The position numbers and the translations under genes are program-made. The notes beneath the pieces are model-generated. The model was not told the origin of the DNA and did not search any database. It saw only the letters and a program-made list of their open reading frames with translations. From an uncultured Bacteroidota bacterium (lineage in GTDB: Bacteria; Bacteroidota; Bacteroidia; Flavobacteriales; Flavobacteriaceae), in NCBI GenBank assembly GCA_902583445.1, contig CACHVZ010000002.1, positions 82,191 to 146,190 on the forward strand: DNA of 64,000 nt. Reading direction: 5' to 3'. Positions 1 through 8,059 of the stretch are shown piece after piece (the first letter of the stretch is position 1; every line of letters begins with the position of its first letter).

Positions 1-690
1 GGATTCTAACAGATTATCTATTTCCTCTAGTTTTCCATCCTTTCCAGGATATTGAATAATACATCCAAAAAACTCATTTTCATTTAATTCTTTTAAATCA
101 CCTACTACTAATTCAATATTAAGTGGCTTAGCTCTTGTTGATAGTACAGCTAAAGTTTGTGGAAATATATTAGAATCTACATAAAACTTATTTTGATTTG
201 TTAACTTTTGATCTTTTGATCTATTATTATACATCATTATCATAGCTTCAGCAGCAGAAGTGCCTTCATCTAAAAGTGAGGCGTTAGCTATCTCCATTTT
301 AGTAATATCGCAAACCATTGTTTGGAAATTTAATAAAGCCTCAAGTCTTCCCTGAGAAATTTCGGCTTGATAAGGAGTATAAGCTGTGTACCACCCAGGA
401 TTTTCTAGAATATTTCTTTGAATGACAGAAGGGGTAAATGTGTCATGATAACCAAGTCCAATATAAGTTTTAAACTTCTGATTCAAAGATGATAATTTTT
501 TTATCTCTTTTAAAAATTCCATTTCAGAAATACCTTCAGGTATATTCAAGTCTTTTTTTAATCTAATCTTTTCTGGAATAGTCTGCTTAAGAAGTTGTTC
601 AATAGAATTGACACCTATTGTACTAAGAATTTTATTTAAATCAGAAGAGTTAGGGCCTATATGTCTTCGAGTAAAATTTTCTTTAAACAT
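1..690 (-). CDS. gcvP: Glycine dehydrogenase (decarboxylating), N-terminal part; the gene continues past the left window edge
   Basis: My own translation of the reverse strand from ATG at 690-688 gives MFKENFTRRHIGPNSSDLNKILSTIGVNSIEQLLKQTIPEKIRL...GLGYHDTFTPSVIQRNILENPGWYTAYTPYQAEISQGRLEALLNFQTMVCDITKMEIANASLLDEGTSAAEAM... The frame stays open to base 1. This is a classic GcvP N-terminus. It is absent from the ORF track because it is truncated. Confidence 0.85.
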   Translation of the reverse strand, partial: MFKENFTRRHIGPNSSDLNKILSTIGVNSIEQLLKQTIPEKIRLKKDLNIPEGISEMEFLKEIKKLSSLNQKFKTYIGLGYHDTFTPSVIQRNILENPGWYTAYTPYQAEISQGRLEALLNFQTMVCDITKMEIANASLLDEGTSAAEAMIMMYNNRSKDQKLTNQNKFYVDSNIFPQTLAVLSTRAKPLNIELVVGDLKELNENEFFGCIIQYPGKDGKLEEIDNLLES

Positions 691-703
691 CTAAAGTTTT
701 TAG

Positions 704-711
704 CAAAAATA
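704..711 (-). promoter_or_regulatory. Candidate Bacteroidetes-type -7 promoter box for gcvP
   Basis: The reverse strand reads TATTTTTG (TAnnTTTG consensus), 13 nt upstream of the gcvP ATG. Confidence 0.35.
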
Positions 712-747
712 TGTATTATTGAAAATAATAATCATAATGTTCATTAA

Positions 748-1092
748 ATGTTAAAACTTTTTTATTATATACTATTAGTTTTTCTTCAATCTTCTGCTAT
801 TCAAGATATTAATAAAGATCAAGTAAATAATCTCATCGATGATAATGTGATGGTAATTGATCTTAGGACTGAAGAGGAATTTGAAGATGGCAAAATAAGA
901 TCCTCTTTCAACATTGATTTTCAAAAGAGAGAGTTTATAGATAATTTAAATAAGCTCGATAAAGAAAAACCTTACATTATATATTGTATGTCAGGTAATA
1001 GAAGTTTAAAGGCCAGTCACGTAATGAAATCTTTAGGATTTAAGATTATATATCATTATAAAAAGGGATATAAGGACTGGATTAAAGACTAG
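748..1092 (+). CDS. Rhodanese-domain sulfurtransferase, probably exported
   Basis: 114 aa with a hydrophobic N-terminus and the rhodanese active-site loop CMSGNRS. Confidence 0.75.
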   Translation: MLKLFYYILLVFLQSSAIQDINKDQVNNLIDDNVMVIDLRTEEEFEDGKIRSSFNIDFQKREFIDNLNKLDKEKPYIIYCMSGNRSLKASHVMKSLGFKIIYHYKKGYKDWIKD

Positions 1093-1580
1093 CTATTTTT
1101 TTTTAAATCTTTACTGCTTTGAATAACCTTATTTTCTAAATCTTTTTTATAATCTTTAACCTTATCAGCAACTTTAGGATCAAAGGATCCAATAATTTGA
1201 GCAGCAAGAATTCCTGCATTTTTTGAACCATTTAAAGCTACAGTAGCAACTGGAACTCCTCCGGGCATTTGAAGTATAGATAAAATTGAGTCCCAACCAT
1301 CGATTGAGTTTCTTGATTTTATTGGAACTCCGATAACAGGTAAGCTTGTAATTGAAGCTACCATTCCAGGGAGGTGAGCTGCTCCTCCTGCTCCTGCAAT
1401 AATAACTTTAATCCCTTTTTTTTCAGCATTAGAAGCATACTCAACCATTTTATTAGGTGTCCTATGAGCTGAAACTATATCATATTCTGTATCTATGTCA
1501 AATGATTTGAGAATTTCAATTGCTTCACTCATTATTTCAAAATCTGACTTACTACCCATTATAATTGCAACTTGACTCAT
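1089..1580 (-). CDS. purE: N5-carboxyaminoimidazole ribonucleotide mutase
   Basis: 163 aa with the motifs GSKSD, SAHRTP and AGGAAHLPG. It overlaps purK by 4 nt. Confidence 0.9.
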   Translation of the reverse strand: MSQVAIIMGSKSDFEIMSEAIEILKSFDIDTEYDIVSAHRTPNKMVEYASNAEKKGIKVIIAGAGGAAHLPGMVASITSLPVIGVPIKSRNSIDGWDSILSILQMPGGVPVATVALNGSKNAGILAAQIIGSFDPKVADKVKDYKKDLENKVIQSSKDLKKNS

Positions 1581-2728
1581 TTTTTTGATGTAATAATAAT
1601 TGTTTCTTTTATTTCTTTTGCTAATTCTTTTGCTTTATCAATATTTTGATTTATCACGGTTACATGACCCATTTTTCTATTGAATCTAGTTTCAAATTTA
1701 CCGTAAATATGTGGATTAACCCCTTCAAGCCCAATAATTTGATCAATATTCTTATAAATAACAGGGCCATTTGATCCTTTTTCACCAACTAAATTAACCA
1801 TTACAGCAGCTTCCATAATTTTTGTACTCCCTAAAGGCATATCAAGAATTGATCTTAAAAGTTGTTCAAACTGACTAGTGTAGGAGCCCTCTATTGAAAA
1901 ATGATAACTATTATGTGGTCTAGGAGCAACCTCATTAACAAGAATTTCACCTTCAGAAGTTAAAAACATTTCAACAGCTAAGATCCCTATAATTTCAAGT
2001 TTTTTTGCAACCTCAATAGCAAGCCCTTCAGCATTTAATTTTATATCATCATTAATTTTTGCAGGTGATAAAATATATTCTACTTGATTTGAATCGCTAT
2101 TGAACTCCATTTCAACTACAGGATAATTAATTAATTCACCAGATTTTCTAGATGCTACCATTACAGAAAGTTCTTTTTTTATTGAAATTAATTCCTCTAC
2201 TATACAGGGACAATCATCTATTTTTTCTAAATCTTTATTATTAGAAATTTTATTTACACCGAAGCCATCATATCCCATTCTTGATGCTTTCCAGATAAAA
2301 GGGAGTGAAATTTCACCTTTACTTACACTCTCTTTCAACTCATTTTTACCTTTTAAAATTCTATATGAGGAAGTAGGAATTTGATTATTATAGTAAAATT
2401 CTTTTTGTAAAGATTTATCTTGAATTATTTCAATAACTTTAGATTGAGGTAAAACCTCCAATCCATTTAATTCAAGAAATTTTAATGCCTCAACATTTAC
2501 ATTCTCTATTTCAATTGTTAATATGTCAACAACTTTACCAAAATTGACAACTGTATCAAAGTCCATTAAATCACCTTGAAAAAATTTTGAACAAAGTTTA
2601 CTAGCTGGGCAGTTTTCATTGGAATCTAAAATATATATTTGAAGTCCCCATTTATTAGCTACATCAAGAACCATTTTACCAAGCTGACCTCCACCAAGTA
2701 TGCCAATTATTCTATTTTCCTTAAACAT
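1577..2728 (-). CDS. purK: N5-carboxyaminoimidazole ribonucleotide synthase (ATP-grasp)
   Basis: 383 aa with N-terminal GILGGGQLG and an ATP-grasp body. It is translationally coupled to purE. Confidence 0.9.
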   Translation of the reverse strand: MFKENRIIGILGGGQLGKMVLDVANKWGLQIYILDSNENCPASKLCSKFFQGDLMDFDTVVNFGKVVDILTIEIENVNVEALKFLELNGLEVLPQSKVIEIIQDKSLQKEFYYNNQIPTSSYRILKGKNELKESVSKGEISLPFIWKASRMGYDGFGVNKISNNKDLEKIDDCPCIVEELISIKKELSVMVASRKSGELINYPVVEMEFNSDSNQVEYILSPAKINDDIKLNAEGLAIEVAKKLEIIGILAVEMFLTSEGEILVNEVAPRPHNSYHFSIEGSYTSQFEQLLRSILDMPLGSTKIMEAAVMVNLVGEKGSNGPVIYKNIDQIIGLEGVNPHIYGKFETRFNRKMGHVTVINQNIDKAKELAKEIKETIIITSKK

Positions 2729-2732
2729 CCTC

Positions 2733-2740
2733 CAAAAATA
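2733..2740 (-). promoter_or_regulatory. Candidate -7 promoter box for purK, 4 nt from the ATG
   Basis: The reverse strand reads TATTTTTG-GAGG-ATG. Confidence 0.4.
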
Positions 2741-2782
2741 AGCATTCCTCTAATCACAATAAAGAATAACAAACATTTTAAA

Positions 2783-2790
2783 TATCTTTG
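2783..2790 (+). promoter_or_regulatory. Candidate -7 promoter box for adk, 5 nt from the ATG
   Basis: TATCTTTG-TCCCT-ATG; the box matches TAnnTTTG. Confidence 0.4.
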
Positions 2791-2795
2791 TCCCT

Positions 2796-3371
2796 ATGTT
2801 TAATATCGTGATTTTTGGTAAACCAGGTTCTGGAAAAGGAACCCAGGCAGATTTTTTAAAAGGTAAATATGATCTATATCATATATCTACAGGTGATTTG
2901 TTTAGAAAAAATATTTCAAATAAAACTGATCTAGGTATTGAAGCAATGTCATTTCTTGATAATGGAGATCTTGTGCCTGATGTAGTTACAATTAAGATGC
3001 TTGAAAATGAAGTCTTAGCAAATAAGGATGTTAATGGTTTTATTTTTGATGGTTTTCCAAGAACACTAAATCAGGCTGAATCACTCGATACTTTTCTTGA
3101 ATCAAATAACCAAAAGATAAATGCTACAATTGCTCTAGAAGTTGATGAAAATGAGCTCATAAATAGATTAATAGATAGAGGGAAAGCTACAAATAGATCT
3201 GATGATCAGGATATTGAAAAAATTAAAAATAGATTTAACGAGTATAATAATAAGACATCTATACTAATTAATTTTTATCAAAAGCAGTCCAAGTTTTACT
3301 CAGTTAATGGTCACGGAAGTGTTGATGATATTACTTCAAGATTATACAATCTTGTTGATGGTTTAATCTAA
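2796..3371 (+). CDS. adk: Adenylate kinase (short-LID type)
   Basis: 191 aa with P-loop GKPGSGKGTQ, a short lid RGKATNRSDD, and no Cys4 lid. Confidence 0.9.
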   Translation: MFNIVIFGKPGSGKGTQADFLKGKYDLYHISTGDLFRKNISNKTDLGIEAMSFLDNGDLVPDVVTIKMLENEVLANKDVNGFIFDGFPRTLNQAESLDTFLESNNQKINATIALEVDENELINRLIDRGKATNRSDDQDIEKIKNRFNEYNNKTSILINFYQKQSKFYSVNGHGSVDDITSRLYNLVDGLI

Positions 3372-3377
3372 TCTCTT

Positions 3378-4385
3378 ATGATAGTCGATAATTTTGTTGA
3401 TTACGTTAAGCTTACAGTAAATTCAGGTAAAGGTGGAAAAGGTTCTACTCACTTGAGAAGAGAGAAATTTGTTCCAAAAGGAGGGCCAGATGGTGGTGAT
3501 GGTGGTGATGGTGGTAATATTATTCTAAAAGGTAACAGTAGCTTATGGACTCTTCAAAGTTTTAGATATAAGAAACATTTTAAAGCAGGAAATGGTTGTG
3601 ATGGTAGTGGTTCTAGAAAATCTGGTAGTAATGGAGAAGATGCTATAATTAATGTTCCACTTGGAACTGTTGTTAAAGATTTAGAGACTGAAAAAGTAAT
3701 TTGTGAGATAAATGATGAATCATCAGATCTAATTCTTCTAAAAGGAGGTAAAGGAGGACGAGGTAACTTTCATTTCAAGACCCCTACTAATCAAACACCT
3801 AGATATTCTCAAGGTGGACTTCCCGGTAAGGAACTCAAAATAATATTAGAGCTTAAAGTTTTAGCAGATGTTGGGTTAGTTGGATACCCTAATGCTGGAA
3901 AGTCAACACTATTGTCTGTTCTATCCGATGCAAAGCCTAAAATAGCAGATTATGAATTTACTACATTAAAACCTAACCTTGGAATTGTTGCTATGTCAGA
4001 TTTTAGATCATTTGTAATGGCTGACATACCCGGAATAATTGAAGGAGCAAGTGAAGGTAGAGGTTTAGGTCATTATTTCCTGAGACATATTGAAAGAAAT
4101 TCAATTCTTTTGTATGTTATACCTGTGGATACAAAAAATATCAAAAAGGACTTTACAGTTCTTCAAAAAGAACTAATAAAATATAATCCAGAACTAGCTG
4201 ATAAAGATTTTATTGTAGCATTTAGTAAGGCAGATCTTATGGACCATGAATTATTGGAAGAATTTAAAATAATTTTAAAACAAGAATTTAAAGATATAAA
4301 ATATCATATAATCTCTTCTGTTAGTAATTTTGGTATAAATGAAATTAAAGAGAATTTATGGAATAAGCTAAATCAAAAAAATTAA
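3378..4385 (+). CDS. obg: GTPase Obg
   Basis: 335 aa with the Gly-rich Obg fold ([16 protein letters not shown]) and G-domain motifs GYPNAGKST and DIPG. Confidence 0.9.
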   Translation: MIVDNFVDYVKLTVNSGKGGKGSTHLRREKFVPKGGPDGGDGGDGGNIILKGNSSLWTLQSFRYKKHFKAGNGCDGSGSRKSGSNGEDAIINVPLGTVVKDLETEKVICEINDESSDLILLKGGKGGRGNFHFKTPTNQTPRYSQGGLPGKELKIILELKVLADVGLVGYPNAGKSTLLSVLSDAKPKIADYEFTTLKPNLGIVAMSDFRSFVMADIPGIIEGASEGRGLGHYFLRHIERNSILLYVIPVDTKNIKKDFTVLQKELIKYNPELADKDFIVAFSKADLMDHELLEEFKIILKQEFKDIKYHIISSVSNFGINEIKENLWNKLNQKN

Positions 4386-4388
4386 ACT

Positions 4389-4715
4389 ATGAACATTAAA
4401 GATGCACAAAAATTAGTAGATGAATGGATTAAGGAACATGGTGTTAGATACTTTAACGAACTTACAAATATGGCTATATTATCAGAAGAAGTAGGAGAGG
4501 TTGCCAAAATTATTGCCAGAAAGTATGGTGAACAAAGTTTGAAAGAAAATGATAATATAGATGATTTAGGTGATGAGTTATCAGATGTGTTGTTTGTTCT
4601 GATATGTCTTGCTAATCAGACAGGAATTGACCTTGAAAAGTCATTTAAAAATAATCTCTCTAAGAAAACAGAGAGAGATAAACATAGACATAAATCGAAT
4701 AATAAACTTAAGTAG
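4389..4715 (+). CDS. MazG-like nucleotide pyrophosphohydrolase (small all-alpha NTP-PPase)
   Basis: 108 aa with the EEVGEV ... DELSDVL metal-binding helix pattern. Confidence 0.7.
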   Translation: MNIKDAQKLVDEWIKEHGVRYFNELTNMAILSEEVGEVAKIIARKYGEQSLKENDNIDDLGDELSDVLFVLICLANQTGIDLEKSFKNNLSKKTERDKHRHKSNNKLK

Positions 4716-5941
4716 TGTTTAAAATTACAAAGAAATCAAAATCCATAGAAGGAGTTTTAAATATTAGTGGATCAAAAAGTGAGTCAAATAGACTTTTGAT
4801 CCTAAGAGCTTTTACTTCTTATTTTGACATAAAAAATATTTCTGATTCAGATGACACAAATGTTATGATCTCAGCAATTAATTCAAATCAAGAGGAGATT
4901 GATATTGGTCATGCTGGCACAGCAATGAGGTTCCTAACATCGTATTTTTCAACAATTAATAATTCATCGGTTATTCTAACAGGTTCAAAGAGAATGAAAG
5001 AAAGACCTATTTCAATTTTAGTTGATGCATTAAGAGAGCTGGAGGTTGAAATATCATATATTAAAAATGAAGGTTATCCACCAATAAAAATTAAGGGTAA
5101 AGAAATAAATAAGAAACAAGTCAAACTTCCTGCAAATGTAAGTTCTCAATATATCACATCTCTTATGATGCTTGGAGTATCTCTGCAAAATGGACTAGTT
5201 ATAAACCTCTCAACTGAAATAACCTCTTTACCATATATTGAGATGACCAAAAAAATAATTGAAAGAATAGGAGGTAATGTTAAACTTAAATCAAATCAAA
5301 TTCTTATTGATTCATTATCAAATAAAAAAATACCAAATCAATTAGTTGAGTCAGATTGGAGCTCTGCATCATATTTTTATAGTATGGTAGCATTATCAGA
5401 TTTGTCCGATCTAACTTTAAAAACTTACTACAAAGATAGCATACAAGGAGACTCTGATCTAGCTGAGATTTATAAAAAATTTGGTGTTAAAACTACTTAT
5501 ATAAATAATGGAATTCATCTAAGTAAGTCTGATGATAAAATTGAGAAAAAAATATCATTAGATCTTTCAAATAATCCTGACCTAGCTCAAACAATAGTTG
5601 TAACATGTTTAGGTCTTCAAATTGATTGTGATATCTATGGCCTGCAAACACTTAAAATAAAAGAAACAGATAGACTTATAGCATTGAAATCTGAAATTGA
5701 AAAATTCGGAGTTGATAAAATTGAAGTTACAGAGAGTTCTCTGCATTTAGAAAATAAGTCACAACTTAAATCTAATATCTCAATAGACACATATGATGAT
5801 CATAGGATGGCTATGTCATTTGTCCCTCTATCCCTTTTGGATCCTATAAAAATTAATGACCCACTGGTTGTAACAAAATCTTATGTTAGTTTTTGGGATC
5901 ATTTGGAAAAAATTGGATTTGAAATTTCAAAAAATAAATAG
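4715..5941 (+). CDS. aroA: 3-phosphoshikimate 1-carboxyvinyltransferase (EPSP synthase)
   Basis: 408 aa with motifs SGSKSESNR, GHAGTAMRF and DHRMAM. The GTG start abuts the previous stop codon. Confidence 0.85.
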   Translation: MFKITKKSKSIEGVLNISGSKSESNRLLILRAFTSYFDIKNISDSDDTNVMISAINSNQEEIDIGHAGTAMRFLTSYFSTINNSSVILTGSKRMKERPISILVDALRELEVEISYIKNEGYPPIKIKGKEINKKQVKLPANVSSQYITSLMMLGVSLQNGLVINLSTEITSLPYIEMTKKIIERIGGNVKLKSNQILIDSLSNKKIPNQLVESDWSSASYFYSMVALSDLSDLTLKTYYKDSIQGDSDLAEIYKKFGVKTTYINNGIHLSKSDDKIEKKISLDLSNNPDLAQTIVVTCLGLQIDCDIYGLQTLKIKETDRLIALKSEIEKFGVDKIEVTESSLHLENKSQLKSNISIDTYDDHRMAMSFVPLSLLDPIKINDPLVVTKSYVSFWDHLEKIGFEISKNK

Positions 5942-5949
5942 TTAAATAC

Positions 5950-5981
5950 TTGACTTTCGATATCATAGAACACTATATTTG
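5950..5981 (+). promoter_or_regulatory. Candidate queA promoter (-33 TTG plus -7 TATATTTG)
   Basis: TTGAC at 5950-5954, then TATATTTG at 5974-5981. There are 21 nt between the G of TTG (5952) and the -7 box. The ATG lies 18 nt downstream of the box. Confidence 0.45.
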
Positions 5982-5999
5982 CTGACTTAATAAAATTCT

Positions 6000-7049
6000 A
6001 TGAAATTATCTAATTTTGAATACAAGCTCCCACAAAAACTTTTAGCTCAATATCCATCTGTGGAAAGAGATGAGTGTAAATTAATGTTATTGAATAGAAA
6101 AGAACAGACCATTGAGCATCTAGTTTTTAAAGATGTAATTGATTTTTTTGATGAAGGAGATGTAATTGTTCTAAATAACACGAAAGTTTTTCCAGCAAGA
6201 TTATATGGAAATAAGGAAAAAACTGGGGCAAGAATTGAAGTATTTCTTTTGAGAGAATTAAATACAGATCAAAGGCTATGGGATGTTCTAGTCGATCCTG
6301 CTAGAAAAATTAGAATAGGTAATAAACTATATTTTGGAGAAGACGAAAGTTTAGTCGCTGAAGTTATTGATAATACAACATCTAGGGGAAGAACATTAAG
6401 ATTTCTTTTTGATGGTCCTTATGATGAGTTTAGAAATAAACTCCAAGAATTAGGTGAGACTCCTCTTCCAAAATATATTAATAGACCAGTTGAAGAAAAT
6501 GATAAAGATAGATTTCAGACTATCTATGCTAAAAATGAAGGTGCTGTTGCTGCACCAACGGCTGGATTACACTTTTCAAAACATTTGCTTAAAAGACTTG
6601 AAATTAAAGGAGTTCTTCTTCCAGAGATTACACTTCATATTGGACTTGGTACGTTTAGTCCAGTTGAAGTTGAAGATTTATCAAAACACAAAATGGATAG
6701 TGAAGAACTTAAAATAAATGAAAACTCTGCCAACATTATTAATAATGCCTTAAAAAATAAAAAGAGGATTTGTGCCGTAGGAACCACTGTTATGAGAGGT
6801 ATTGAAAGTTCTGTATCATCTAGAGGTACGCTCAATCCATATGATGGTTGGACTCATAAATTTATATATCCGCCATATGACTTTACAATTGCTAATTCAA
6901 TGATTACTAATTTCCATACACCAAAATCAACCTTAATAATGATGGTTTCTGCCTTTGGTGGAAAAGATTTTGTTTTGAAGGCTTATAAAGAGGCAATTAA
7001 GAAGAAATATAACTTCTTCTCATATGGAGATGCTATGATGATTATCTAA
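6000..7049 (+). CDS. queA: S-adenosylmethionine:tRNA ribosyltransferase-isomerase
   Basis: 349 aa with N-terminal [14 protein letters not shown], plus AAPTAGLHF and GTTVMR. Confidence 0.9.
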   Translation: MKLSNFEYKLPQKLLAQYPSVERDECKLMLLNRKEQTIEHLVFKDVIDFFDEGDVIVLNNTKVFPARLYGNKEKTGARIEVFLLRELNTDQRLWDVLVDPARKIRIGNKLYFGEDESLVAEVIDNTTSRGRTLRFLFDGPYDEFRNKLQELGETPLPKYINRPVEENDKDRFQTIYAKNEGAVAAPTAGLHFSKHLLKRLEIKGVLLPEITLHIGLGTFSPVEVEDLSKHKMDSEELKINENSANIINNALKNKKRICAVGTTVMRGIESSVSSRGTLNPYDGWTHKFIYPPYDFTIANSMITNFHTPKSTLIMMVSAFGGKDFVLKAYKEAIKKKYNFFSYGDAMMII

Positions 7050-7058
7050 GCTCAGATT

Positions 7059-8030
7059 TTGAATATTTCAAAAAAAATAAAAAATCCGATTTCTAAAGAA
7101 TTAAAAATTTTTGAAAAACAATTTTTCAATTCAGTATCTTCTAAAGTTAACTTGCTTGATCTAATTCTAAGGTATATTTTAAAAAGAAAAGGAAAACAAA
7201 TTAGACCCATTCTAGTTATTCTTTTTTCTAAGATGTTTTCTAATGGAAAAGTTTCTTCAAAAACATATAGGGCTGCTAATTTAGTTGAACTTATTCATTC
7301 TGCTTCATTAATTCATGATGATGTAGTAGATGATAGTAATATTAGAAGAAAGTTCCTTACTATTAATGCTTTATGGAAAAATAAAATATCTGTATTGGTG
7401 GGAGACTTTTTTTTGTCTAAGGCTTTACTCCTTTCTACTCAAAATAAAGATTACGATTTATTAGACCAGGTATCAAATGCGGTAAAAGAAATTTCCGAGG
7501 GAGAGCTATTTCAAATTCAAAAGTCAAGAAGTTTTAACATAAAAGAAGAAGAGTATATCACCTTAATTACAAAAAAAACAGCATCTTTATTTTCATGTTG
7601 TTGTCTGCTTGGGTTAATTTCATCTGGTAATGAAATAACTAAAAATGTTGAAAATTTTGGATTATACTTGGGTATTATTTTTCAAATCAAGGATGACCTT
7701 TTTGATTATTCTAAAAAAAGAATTGGAAAACCAACTAAGAATGATTTAAAAAGTCAAAAAATTACTCTCCCATTAATCTATTCAATAAAAAAGGCAAGTC
7801 AAGCTGATAGAAGATCAATGAGATCTATTCTAAAAAGAAAAAAACTTTCAAACGAAGATAAGAAGGCTATTAATCATTTTGTCAAAGAAAATAACGGATT
7901 TAAATATGCCGAAAATGTCATGTTGGAGTATAAGAATAAAGCACTAAAAATACTTGAAACTTTTCCAGATAACCAATCAAAAAATTCACTTAAAATCTTA
8001 TTGGACTATATCATTGAACGAAAGTATTAA
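7059..8030 (+). CDS. Polyprenyl diphosphate synthase (trans-IPPS, long-chain type)
   Basis: 323 aa with two Asp-rich motifs, IHDDVVDD and KDDLFD. TTG start. Confidence 0.8.
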   Translation: MNISKKIKNPISKELKIFEKQFFNSVSSKVNLLDLILRYILKRKGKQIRPILVILFSKMFSNGKVSSKTYRAANLVELIHSASLIHDDVVDDSNIRRKFLTINALWKNKISVLVGDFFLSKALLLSTQNKDYDLLDQVSNAVKEISEGELFQIQKSRSFNIKEEEYITLITKKTASLFSCCCLLGLISSGNEITKNVENFGLYLGIIFQIKDDLFDYSKKRIGKPTKNDLKSQKITLPLIYSIKKASQADRRSMRSILKRKKLSNEDKKAINHFVKENNGFKYAENVMLEYKNKALKILETFPDNQSKNSLKILLDYIIERKY

Positions 8031-8059
8031 TTTACTATATTAATACTAAATTAAAAGGT

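Noticed and set aside
1088-1100. Identical 13-mer ACTAGCTATTTTT at 1088-1100 and 55334-55346 (similar at 63351) as a possible repeated element
   Set aside because: It is explained by coincidence of coding. In both cases a minus-strand protein ends ...K-N-S-stop (AAAAATAGCTAG) and overlaps a plus-strand TAG stop. There is no extended similarity beyond the 13 nt.
6454-6835. ORFs 6454..6717 (+) and 6635..6835 (-) inside queA
   Set aside because: They lie fully inside the well-supported queA frame. Their translations are low-complexity Leu/Ile/Lys-rich strings typical of off-frame or antisense readings of AT-rich coding DNA.
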